Source: Lytechinus pictus
Lineage: Eukaryota
Reading direction: 5' to 3'
Length of the DNA: 64,000 nt
Assembly: GCF_037042905.1 (NCBI RefSeq)
Contig: NC_087252.1
Span: 682,001-746,000, forward strand
A program made the translations under genes and the position numbers. The notes beneath the pieces were generated by a model, which saw only the letters and a list, made by a program, of their open reading frames with translations, did not search any database and had not been told where the DNA came from. Shown here in pieces: positions 53,122-64,000 of this stretch; the first letter of the stretch is position 1, and each line of letters opens with the position of its first letter.

Positions 53122-53732
53122 GTAAGCGGAAGTATCGAAAATTGCATTGAGGGATAAAATATATGCTTGGGATGACCTGGTGGGTGTTAAGAAAATAATA
53201 GGTTCGTATGTTACGAACGTCTGGTGATAGTCACTTGTGCAACATATTGATGAATGATAAATAGAATATAGCATCCAGAAAGATATAACTAGTTGTTCGT
53301 GAAGTCATTCGTGACTTTATACGAACAGCTTTGTGAAGCACCCCACAGTTACTGATTCGTATTTATTGTAAATCATTTGGTAAATCGAAACATCACTCTC
53401 ATAACGTAGTGACCCGTTTGACAAACAAACCGACAAAGTGAAAAATGTATATTGTGATGTACTGCCTCTTTATTGTTGAATGTTTTGATTGTGGGATTGC
53501 CTATGTTGATATGTGCCCCGTACCACAACGATTAGCGACTTATAGCGAAACGAAACGACTAATCAAGATCATCGTTGCATACGCATCTTGCTGAGTAGAT
53601 TGACTACGAACCAATCAGATTTTTTTATTTCAAGTGATCGATTGATCGATAACCTTTGTGTTACACGGTTCATGTTATCCTGTGTATTATTCGGAAATGA
53701 ATAAGTAAAATTCGTTCTCACCCATTCCCCAG

Positions 53733-53900
53733 AGAAAAAAGATGTGACTCTCGAGTTAGAGGGTTCACCCTGTGGGGTCATGACGCAACTACCTGGTGTC
53801 CAGTTCGCAATCAACTTTGGTGGCCCAGCCTACCAGGATGTAAACGGCGCAGTCTTCTGTGATGGGCGATCTGCTTTACCATCCATCTGCTCAGATCATG
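53733..53900 (+). CDS. Coding exon; start of malectin-like domain
   Basis: AG/GT, phase 1-1; EKKDVTLELEGSPCGVMTQLPGVQFAINFGGPAYQDVNGAVFCDGRSALPSICSDH. Confidence 0.85.
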
Positions 53901-55567
53901 GTGAGGAACTTTACTAATTCTGATATTGGTGATTTAATATTGATTGCTTCATGATGTTGACATGTGTCCGTTTTCACCCTGGCGAAGGCCAAAAAAGTAA
54001 TAATAGCTATAAAGCGACCTGTAAATAGTGTCACGGCCCTATATTGGGGTCCGGAAAGAAAAGAGAGAGGTAGACCTATGAACGGATTCTCAGTACAAAA
54101 AACCCTGACACTTTGAGAACATTTTATAAAAGCATTTAATTAGTAAGTTACTTCTCGTTCCAATATCAGTCTACAACAGAGTGGATATAATCAATTTCCA
54201 TCTTCCTTAAAACGCCGAGGTTTGAGAAAATCAAATACATTTGAGAGTTTGAATATTTAAATCTTAGAGAAAAAATATTCACAGACTAAATTACACACCC
54301 ACACCCAATCACACACACATATACACATGAAACCTGATTATCAGATCGCGGTAGGATGGGGCCCCTGTTTTTGAAACAAGGTTCCAACTCTTGCCGGTGA
54401 TCGTGCTGTCGATATTACTGCGACAAATCGATGAATTTCTGTGTTGCGACGTCCCCGAATGACGACCTTGAGCTGTCCTTGATGATCCCTTAAAAGTAAT
54501 GGCTGCATGGACGTACCCCCGACTCCAGACCCGACGATAGAACATACGTTTATCAAAAACTTGGTAAATATTGAAGACTTCATACAAAATAAGTGAGATA
54601 AATTTGGTGATTAAAATAGCTTGAAGATACAATTCAGGAAACATGAAAATTGCGACTGGCAGGAAACTCAGACGATTACATGTCTTAACTCAACGAAAGC
54701 AAAACACGTAATGCCTGATACTAGCTTGTACACCAACTAATACACTTTGCCCGACTTATCAACTTTGGCGTGGCACCTACGTATACATCGTTTATACATT
54801 CATACAGAAATTACGAGCCATGTACGCTCGGTGAACTAATTTGCATAGTTACCATGGCGACGAGCGCTAAGAAAAAAAATCAGCTGCAATTCACCACGAA
54901 GCTAGTTTGCCATACATTTAAATTGTCCTGATCATTGATCAGCATTTTTAATCAAAAGTAAATATCAAGGAATCTTTTCCTCGGTTAAATTTTGGGAGGC
55001 TAAAGTAAGACAAATACAAATGACAATTTAGGAACTCGACTTGTGACAAATAGTCTACACACATCGCTGGTTAGATATGAAACTTTACTGCGAGCTAGAG
55101 TGGGAGAGACAGTCTACGTTCGTCTTTATGAGATCTAGATCTAGTCAATCTATCACGTTATTAATAAGCATAGATGTAGAAAATATTCATAAAAGAATAA
55201 AAGAAAAACATTGACATACCAACAAAGTTGACGGAATGTCACCTTCCATGACAGCGAGTGAACAAATTACAAGCAATTCTGAAGTTGTCTTAGGCAAATG
55301 AATCGAGCATAGAGAGTTGTTGCGCTCAGCTCAGCTAGCTTGATTTGCACATGTTGTGTGTGGATAGCGGTGGTGCAGACTTATGCATCGCGCGCTCGAC
55401 CTTGCATCCAGGAGGTTCGTTGCTATTTAATCGAGAAAATCATTCGCCATGGTGTAAAACGGAATCGCGCATACAGGACAAAGTCTTACCTGACGCACTG
55501 GCGCTGCTCAAAAAAAAAAGTGAAAGAAAGAAAAGGCGCCGCTTAAAAAAATAAAAATAAAGGAAAT

Positions 55568-55887
55568 AATTCAATTCAATTCAATTCAATTTATTTACAC
55601 TCTCAATAAAAACATGAACAACATACGTCAGGTACATAAGTAAAACATTGTGACAACATACAAAAAACATATTTATGAGAATGAGGGGCCAACAAAAAAG
55701 AGCAGATAGCCTTATTGAGCGTTGACCCAACAACTATAAGACAAAATCAATAAATATTACAAAAAAAAAGATAACATAAATGAAAACATATATTAACACA
55801 TACATTCAAAATATATAGCGTAGTTATACAAGCAAATTAAGAATACAAACTTAAAAGATGTAATTTATAATAACGTTTGAAAGAATT
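55568..55887 (-). mobile_element. Short 3' fragment of a CR1/L2-group LINE
   Basis: (AATTC)n tail next to tttatt; stem-loop-like 3' UTR motif similar in layout to the other LINE 3' ends. Confidence 0.6.
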
Positions 55888-56029
55888 TAAAAGAAATGGC
55901 GCCGCTTAAAAAAAATTATACACTGATATAATATTAGCAACAGTAAAGTAAAGACTATCCCCAGCAAAGCACACTCATATCATCTTCCTTATCTTTTCTT
56001 TTAACTACCCTTTTCCCAACAACTTCGCC

Positions 56030-56735
56030 GGTTAAAAATAATCAGCAGTGCGCTGCCTGCATATAACTGGCGCCAATCAAGAATAACCAGCGCCACCTAA
56101 ATCTAAATCGGCGCCGGACAAGAATAATCAGCGCCATTTGGTTATAAATCGGCGCCGGTAAAGAAAAATCGGCGCTGCCTGAGTTCTTAACCGGCGCCGA
56201 TCAAGGATAATCAGCGCCACCTAAATCTAAATCGGGGCCGGACAAGAATAATCAGCGCCATCTGGTTATAAATCGGCGCAGCCAGAGTCTTAACCGGCGC
56301 CGATCAAGAATAATCAGCTCCACCCTAAATCTAAATCGGCGCCGGGCAAGAATAATCAGCATCACCTGGTTATAAATCGGCGCCAGTCAAGATTAATCAG
56401 CGCCCCAGGTTATAAAATCGGCGCCGGTAAAGAAAAATCGGCGCTGCCTGAGTCTTAACCGGCGCCGATCAAGAATAATCAGCTCCACCTAAATCTAAAT
56501 CGGCGCCGGACAAGAATAATCGGCGCCATCTGGTTATAAATCGGCGCTGCCAGAGTCATAACCGGCGCCGATCAAGAATAACCAGTGCCACCTAAATTTA
56601 AATCGGCGCCGGTCAAGAATAATCAGCGTCCCCTGGTTCCAATAAATAGGCGCCGGTAGAATAATGAAGAAGGGCCTATCGCAAACCAAATCTAGTTCGA
56701 CGCCGGTCAAGAATGATCAGCGGCACCTGGTTATA
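56030..56735 (+). repeat. ~20-bp-subunit GGCGCC minisatellite with ~120-bp higher-order period
   Basis: Alternating aatcggcgccgg / aagaataatcagcgcc units. Confidence 0.92.
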
Positions 56736-57457
56736 CATTTTATTGTTGAATGGTCATAACGAATAACAAAGCTTATCGCATGCCCTTACAGAGTGGACTG
56801 GGGCGGGGCAGTTGCCCACAGATGTCATGAAATCTGACCAGTGAAATCATGCGTGGGAGATTCATTACATAAGTTCCCAAAAGTACCTTTCCAAAAGTCA
56901 CAAGATTGACCTATTTGCAGAATTTCGACACATTCTAACAAATTCTAGTGGTTTATTTTTTCTGGGTATATTTGGTTGCTAACCTCGAACCCCGATTCTC
57001 TCATACATTTTCCTTCCGTAGTGTCGCACCATCATGAGACTCTCCTTTGTATAGACAATTATATGCAACTAATATCACAACTAATTCTGAAATATTAATC
57101 TCAGTTGATGAGTATCAAATTACATCCCAGAAAAGGAGTACTAAGATTATGAAGATGATTCGATATTTTAGTCCAAAACTTTGCTAAAACCCGTTGCTAA
57201 TACCGGGAGTGTATAATTACGCAACCAGACGTATATTCGTTAGACCTTAAACCACTAAATATCATTTTCAATGTATAAATACAGTTCGTCAATACCTTTG
57301 TTTTAACGTTTAAATGTTTACGCGACAAAATTGATTTATTTTTTAATATTATTCATCTGATCACTCAGGAAGAAGTTAAAAACAAAGATAACGATACCTG
57401 TAAAACCGGAGAACTATTTCCTAAGCTCTGTCTTGAAGGATCTCTTTTTTAATTCAG

Positions 57458-57487
57458 GTCATAAGCATTATATCCAGTTTCATCAAA
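57458..57487 (+). CDS. Possible 30-nt micro-exon (GHKHYIQFHQ)
   Basis: ttttttaattcAG acceptor, GTAATT donor, phase 1-1; the frame is kept with or without it. Confidence 0.4.
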
Positions 57488-58402
57488 GTAATTAGATAAG
57501 AATTACTCATCATTACAAATTGCATTATATTTAGTGAAAAGCATCACAATATATATATATAAATACCAAATGCTGTATATAGGCCTTTACATCATGTACA
57601 TGAAAATTGAATGATTATATATAAACCTGGATTGGTGATGTATTCCAAATGATTCATGATGTAGTATCATCGTATATATATAGTTAAAAAAACTTGTATC
57701 TCAATTAATATACAAAAGTATTGGCCTCATCGCAATAAAAGGGTTAGTACACGAGATTTTGAGATCGCACATAACATGCATAATTTGTGCTACTTTTTGC
57801 TTGTTTCTTTCTTTAATAAGTTCTTCAATCTCTCTATATATGTTTTAGAAAGATTATATGTTTAATTTGATGTATTTTTTCTGTTATAATGAGATATGTT
57901 TGAGTGGACTTCAGGGAATGGTCGTACGCAGCAAGGGGGAGGGGGGGGGGGCAAATTCCCGATCAGCTGTTGTGAAAAGACATTTTTTTCCTTAACATTT
58001 CATGAAAACAACTATGAAAAATGTGCAAATGTGAGATGTGCACCAAGTACTTTTATTACACTTGTAAAAAAAAAAATCGCCCCATTGAGCAGCTCGGTCC
58101 GTTTACTCTATCGCTTTTATTTTCATTTTTTCAAAAATATGTTCGAGTCTTGCCCCCCGGAAATATTATCTGCGTGTTGTCATGCAAAATGGCATGACTG
58201 GAAATCCTACATTTTGAAAAGAGCATTTTAAACATAATTCTAAGTGAAATTCAATCAACAACACTCCTTTTAATTCAATAATTGTGATTGATGGTTAAAC
58301 TCTCATTAATGGTAACTACCATGGACACCTCCAATAAGAATCACGATTACTTTGAATGTATCATTAAAAGCAATGTAACGACCCATCTTATTGGTTACAC
58401 AG

Positions 58403-58536
58403 ATCGATACTACAACGGCTGTCACATTGACCCGTTGAGGAATTATCCCCAAGTAGTTGGAAGCACCAACGATGGCTCATTGTATACTACCTTCATAGGA
58501 AATCGACCAAGACAAGATGATGCCTTGAATTTCAGA
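58403..58536 (+). CDS. Coding exon, malectin-like domain
   Basis: RYYNGCHIDPLRNYPQVVGSTNDGSLYTTFIGNRPRQDDALNFR; phase 1-0. Confidence 0.85.
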
Positions 58537-59064
58537 GTATGTATAATTGATTCACTAAAAATGTTCGTCTAGGGTCTGTTTCATAAAGAGTTACAATTAT
58601 GGAAACGTTGATTGTGATTGAATGCTTAGCAATGTTACCGTGGTAGTTGGTTTATAGGATTTCTTTAAAGTAGTTGGTTTATATGATTTCTTTAAAGTAG
58701 TTGGTTTATATGATTTCTTCATTGAGTAAACTTTTTTGATATGCACTGCATTTACGATTTAACTTTGTTCCTGTTGTTGTTGCTACTTAACCAAGATTGT
58801 AAATCGGTCAGAATAAGGCAGTTAACATGTAGGCCTATACAGTTTTCATAATTGAAACATTCCTTACTATATATGTATATGTTTGTATATTGTATATCAT
58901 ACCATTGAAGTGAAAATTCACAATATAGAAAAATAAGAGGAGATTTTATGTTGTAGCATTTTAGAACAATTTCTGTCTTTGTATTTCTGACGGGGAAAAA
59001 CGTATAGGGCATTAGCAAATTATACACACGTTGATTTTCCTAAATGTAATTTTATCATTGATAG

Positions 59065-59166
59065 ATCCCGGTGCCCACAGGAAGATATGTCCTCACACTG
59101 TTCACAATGTCCTCGGGTTTAGATGACGTCACTGCTGTGGTGAATAGAGACGATTTATCAACTCAG
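59065..59166 (+). CDS. Coding exon, malectin-like domain
   Basis: IPVPTGRYVLTLFTMSSGLDDVTAVVNRDDLSTQ; phase 0-0; GTAAGT donor. Confidence 0.88.
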
Positions 59167-59667
59167 GTAAGTTTTATATCCAAACCCTCTGAACACGAAC
59201 GAAGCTTTGATTGAATAAACGTAATACAAAACAAGCCCAATACTGTACACTTAATCAAAATCTGATTTAAAAAAAATGTGAACGTATGCTTATTTTCATA
59301 ACGGGACCGCACCACGGACGGCAATGCAGGATACAATGTCAAATATTCCTTATTATCTAGTTTTTATCTGAAATATAAAATATTTCCTCTCCCCCTCCAA
59401 TGATTAAAGTTGGATTGAATCCTTGGAAGGTATGAATAAATTGTTGAGTTGCAGGGCAGTCAAAACTGGGTGCGGAATAGTTCATCAGAGGAAGAGTAAA
59501 ATTCATATGAATTATATTCAGACAAGCCCATATCATAAAGATGTTTAGCTACCCCGAATATTCGAATGAAAACAATTAAATTTGAACGTAACCGAGTTTT
59601 GTTGAAAAGTCTTTGTGTATCATTTGTATATTTACAATTTGTTATGAAATCAAATTAGATTCAACAG

Positions 59668-59770
59668 CAATTGCATAGTCAGACAGAAACTATCCCAGAA
59701 TGCACTGCGAAGAAAGCATCACTTCCTGTTACTGTGTCTGATGGTGCTCTTGACATCTCCCTGAAATGTG
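59668..59770 (+). CDS. Coding exon, malectin-like domain
   Basis: QLHSQTETIPECTAKKASLPVTVSDGALDISLKC; phase 0-1; GTAAGT donor. Confidence 0.85.
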
Positions 59771-60250
59771 GTAAGTCGCTTAATTTAAATCCTAGAGCAA
59801 TCATTAATCTCGAACAATATCAGTAAACTAGAAAATGCCAGATCGTAAATTACTTCATCCTCTCCGTAATCTGGTAATCATGATTTTTTTTCCTCTGTTT
59901 TTGTGCTGATTTTTCACAGCTATGTAACAAAGTGAAATTGCTTTTCATAAAATGCAATGCATGAAAAACTAACCCAACCAAGAAAAAAGAGAAAACACCC
60001 ATCCACAAACCCACACACACTCATCCATACACACCTACCCACCTCAACATAAGAACAACAACAGCAGCAATCCCTCTCTCTCACACACACGCCCCTGAAA
60101 TTCTTCCATAGCATCTGAAAATGTACAAGCAATATTTGATTTGTTTGAATTATTTTCTTAATTGAATTTGGCGTTAATGTCCAGTTGATTAGGCAAGAGT
60201 AAACATGTATATTCCAAATATATATATCATATATTTTACATTGTGTACAG

Positions 60251-60345
60251 ATAGAGGCATTCAACTTTCTGCTCTTCTTGTTCAGAGTGAAGATACAGAC
60301 ATTGAAATTTTGTCTAACGAATTATCATCAGGTCAAAAACAAGAG
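60251..60345 (+). CDS. Coding exon, end of malectin-like domain and linker
   Basis: DRGIQLSALLVQSEDTDIEILSNELSSGQKQE; phase 1-0. Confidence 0.85.
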
Positions 60346-60475
60346 GTAAGCTATTAAACAGAGCTTTTAAAATGATAATATCTTCTTTATATTTGACTTG
60401 TGTGAATTTTCAGTAGCTGGTTTATTTGTTCCAATCGAATGTAAGTTGAATTTTATATTACACAAAGCTATATTA

Positions 60476-60824
60476 TATAACGTGGAGAAGGTTTACGGTT
60501 CACCATGTGTAATATGAAGAAGGGAAGGAAATATAGGCAGAAAGATTGAAATTGAAAGACGAGATAGGATGAAAAGAGGAAATTAGAAGTATTATTTCTT
60601 GAAAGTGAGTGAAGTCCTGAAAAGGACTGTAAACCAGATGAGATGAGCTGAATATGGCTTGAGTTGCGATGGTGTGAGTAGTAGCAGGTTGAAGTGAAGA
60701 GAGGTTACTCGACGTTTCGGGCAGGTTGACTGTCCGTCTTCAGGAGTGAAGACTCCTTTCTGCCCACATTTCCTTCCCTTCTTCACATTACACATGTTGA
60801 ACCGTAAACCTTCTCTACGTTATA
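60476..60824. mobile_element. Penelope-like terminal-repeat remnant with ~70-bp inverted ends
   Basis: 60476-60545 is the reverse complement of ~60756-60824; contains a hammerhead motif. Confidence 0.7.
60707..60747 (-). ncRNA. Minimal type I hammerhead ribozyme motif
   Basis: Minus strand: ACUC-CUGAAGA-C-GGACAG-UCAAC-CUGCC-C-GAAAC-GUC-GAGU; both core boxes, stems I and II, palindromic ACGU stem III. Confidence 0.7.
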
Positions 60825-61182
60825 AACTCCACCATGCAAACCTACTATATTATATATACAACCTTGGCACGGTGGCCCCTTGCACTTTCCAGCAAATCCT
60901 TCAAAATAACGAAGCTTTAGCTTATCTTTCAACTATCGCAGCACTGCGATACATCTGTTATTTTTTATGGAAATGGACTTCTTTCGGTCTTAGTGTCGAC
61001 TTGCATTAGACGAATATCTTAATTTTGCACATCATTTTCCATGCCACGTTGGTAATTAAGGATTTATTCTCCTTAACTATTCATACTAACATACTAGTCA
61101 AACTAGTCAAGTCAAACTCTACCTCTTTCTCTGTGTCTGACTCTCTCTCTCTTTCTATCTCTCTCTCTATATATATTTGCAG

Positions 61183-61275
61183 ATTGGTGATGATCTTGCT
61201 CCTCTTGACCGTCACATTGCTGGATATGACATCAGAAACCTTGCTTGGTCTGGTGATATCCTTAGGATGAGGAAG
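61183..61275 (+). CDS. Coding exon (linker)
   Basis: IGDDLAPLDRHIAGYDIRNLAWSGDILRMRK; phase 0-0. Confidence 0.85.
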
Positions 61276-61915
61276 GTATGTCAGGCAATGCAGGGCAACA
61301 ACAACGACATCTCTGCTAAATTTACCACACATTTTTTTTTCATACATCAATTCCGGAAAGGCTGTTAAGTCTGCAAAAAATACATGTGTTACTGTATCAT
61401 TTATTGGTTCGAATAATATATGTATTGTTCAACTCTGATGTTGTGATCATATTTACATATTTATTTCCCCCCGTTCGCAGTTTTTTTTTAATTTAATTTC
61501 CAATCCATCTGACTCCTCTTTTCACTCCCCCTTTCATTTTCCTTCCAAATTTCGATTTTTAATGTTTTGTTAAAAGAAAGTTTAAACTGTAATTATTTTC
61601 GTAAGAGGGACTTGTATGGGGGCACATAGCCACATGCCTCGGTGTGGAATTTTACTTTCGCACCTGGATAACTGCACCCCCCCCCCATTTTTTTTCCAAA
61701 ATTGTGTGCACAAAGGTAAAAATGACCATCTGGTCATGATTATTTTTTTTGCTTGGTCAGCCCCCACTCCCACTTTCCAAACTTTTCCGCTGCCCCTTCC
61801 GACCATTTCAATTGCTATTATTTTGTTCTCATCCCCAGGAATATACTTCGGAATGTGATTCTACGCAATGGCCTCCTGACCATTTCAATTGCTATTATTT
61901 TTTTCTCATCATCAG

Positions 61916-61982
61916 GAATATACTTCGGAATGTGATTCTACGCAATGGCAGTCGCAGTTCGGTGGTGACGGTGTGGAGAAAA
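61916..61982 (+). CDS. Coding exon, start of FBA-like domain
   Basis: EYTSECDSTQWQSQFGGDGVEK; phase 0-1. Confidence 0.8.
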
Positions 61983-62298
61983 GTAAGGACTATATTTGTG
62001 CTTCACTGCAACCGAGTCAGAATAATAGTAAATGTTATATTTTATCTGAATAATGTACATCTATTCAAGACTATATATTCATACTTGGAGTTTTCCTATT
62101 GAAAATAACTTTGAATCAATTTACTTATGAATTAGAACATAAATGATTACAAGGTTATTCCAGCGGTATGGTCATTATGATTATTATTATTTGCTTTTGC
62201 TGTTCACACAAACGAAGAGAAAAGCTGATCATTCTGTGAAAGTATATATCTTTAAGTCAATTACTTGCCTTTTTCTCATTCCTACCATTGCGTCACAG

Positions 62299-62396
62299 GA
62301 CTGGTCTTAACTGGTGAAAATGGTGTTTTTGAGTATCACATGAATCTCGAGGATTCCTTCGACGTGCGTTGCCTTGATAATGCTCCACCAGTTCAG
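62299..62396 (+). CDS. Coding exon, FBA-like domain
   Basis: RLVLTGENGVFEYHMNLEDSFDVRCLDNAPPVQ; phase 1-0. Confidence 0.85.
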
Positions 62397-62607
62397 GTAA
62401 GATTAAGTTCTTCCTAGAAACACTGTAAAGTCTGAACTGAATTATCGAAGAAAGCATACTAACATTAAATTATGTTTTTTTTCAAGGTTATCAAGTTATT
62501 AAATGTGCAGGAACCAATGGACCGCCTGAAATGGTAGCCACCTACAGATGTCTAGATCACCAACGATAAAACATTTCGCATTGGTATACATTTCATGTAG
62601 TCGTTAA

Positions 62608-63023
62608 GGCCATAGCACACCTAACGATTGCTTTGCGACCCGATTTTTAAATAAAAGATAGTAGAAATTGATGCTAATATTGAAACATGAAGTATCTTAC
62701 TGTATAATGTTCTAAATCATCGTAACGATATCTATTCCCAAATCGGTGACTATGCTATCATCCTTATTAGAATAAAAGCGAATTTAATATATAGTCGAAA
62801 GGACGTCATAGTAATCGTACGACTGGCTACGATTTGAAACTAAGTTGGCTTTTACACCAAAATAAAGGCTTGCAATCATCCAAAATTGTTATTAGGGTTC
62901 TTTCCGGTAATTTGAACCTCAAATAAAAAGATACTTTTCATTCACATTTTCATGAAATGAGCCAAATGTGATTTGGTCCAAAATTGGATCGATGACCAGT
63001 CAGTCGTAAGGTGTGCGGTGGCC
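62608..63023. mobile_element. Intronic MITE with TTAA flanks
   Basis: ttaa-ggccatagcacacc ... ggtgtgcggtggcc-ttaa. Confidence 0.8.
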
Positions 63024-63138
63024 TTAATAGTCATGTACATGTAGTTGACATCTTTCAGGTTAAATATTAGACCATGCTAAGTTCTATATGCAACATTTTC
63101 CTTTGAAAGAGTTCCTTTCATGATTTATGCTTTCACAG

Positions 63139-63337
63139 TTCTCTTTATCACTGCGATCTTCCACTACCTCTGGATCTACATTCCAAATAACACTCACTCT
63201 AGAAAGATCTGATGGCACAGTGGTCCAAACGAAATGCACGAATGGTACACTAGAAAGGTCTGATGCTTGGTCAAGGGTCACACTTACCGTTGAGGAATAC
63301 GGTGCAGGAGCAAGGAGCGTAAGGATAACGACAGAAG
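63139..63337 (+). CDS. Coding exon, FBA-like domain
   Basis: FSLSLRSSTTSGSTFQITLTLERSDG...DAWSRVTLTVEEYGAGARSVRITTE; phase 0-1. Confidence 0.88.
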
Positions 63338-63690
63338 GTACCGGTATACGATGTTTCTTATCAATCACTTATGATTTACCAAAGAAGTATTATGACTCTT
63401 TTTAAAGACTGAACGAAACAAAGGGGAAAGGACTGGGTAATGGGTCTTTTACAGTTATAACTGATATTCTAACGTAAGCCCAAGCCAGTTCTAGCATTAT
63501 GAAACATGCGAGTAACTCTTTACAAGTACAATTTATTTGGGTTGCATTGTGGAATCTTCGAGTTAAGCTCGTTTCACTTACCGGTACTTGACTTTAAAGC
63601 AGTTAGGTTCCACTTCTTTGAAATATCCTGGGATCACCAAATTGTAGACTTCTACCAATGAAAGACAATGACTTTGATTATCAGTTGCAG

Positions 63691-63885
63691 GTCGAGGGAT
63701 TGAGGTCTCTGCAGCCAGTTTGAGGATGAAGTGTCGTCGGCCACATAGGACTGGTCTCAAGAATACTCTATGTGATGTCAAGATTATCAAGGACACCAAG
63801 AAGCTAGTCACCCTGATACGGGGCTTGGTTCAGAAGTACGGCCTCCCTACCTGTCCAATGTCAACAGATCGACCCGGAAGTGAAA
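63691..63885 (+). CDS. Coding exon, end of FBA-like domain; gene probably continues beyond the window
   Basis: GRGIEVSAASLRMKCRRPHRTGLKNTLCDVKIIKDTKKLVTLIRGLVQKYGLPTCPMSTDRPGSE; phase 1-1 with GTAATT donor. Confidence 0.8.
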
Positions 63886-64000
63886 GTAATTCTTGTTTGC
63901 CTTTAAAGTTTTAATATCATCCATTTTACATATAACATGATAGACAAAGCTACAAGTTGCCAGACAATCATCATAAATCTGTTCCTAGTTCTCCTTTCCT

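Noticed and set aside
51711..53150. 479-aa ORF as a stand-alone single-exon gene
   Set aside because: Strong acceptor at 51771 and donor at 53122 with in-phase downstream exons indicate an internal exon.

Overview
AT-rich, repeat-dense animal genomic DNA; the repeat families suggest an echinoderm, probably a sea urchin (inference). Main contents: (1) 1-16 kb is transposon debris, including a multi-level nest built around a 5.7-kb Mutator-like foldback element with a perfect 9-bp target-site duplication (TSD). (2) A 33-kb block (16740-49745) is bounded by near-perfect 190-bp terminal inverted repeats (TIRs) and a direct flanking repeat, with no transposase ORF seen. It encloses a head-to-tail triplication of a ~7.4-kb unit, each copy carrying a near-full-length but disabled CR1/L2-group LINE, plus a 6.8-kb hAT-type element with a GGCGCC minisatellite and a polypyrimidine tract. 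(3) A spliced + strand gene runs from ~51.3 kb off the right edge, possibly with a first exon at ~16.3 kb, which would put the 33-kb block in intron 1. Its exons join in frame into a protein with ~3 unrecognised ~120-aa repeats, a malectin-like domain and an F-box-associated (FBA)-like sugar-binding domain. One intron holds a Penelope-type hammerhead ribozyme motif, and one splice acceptor is duplicated out of frame. All assignments were made by eye, with no database searches.
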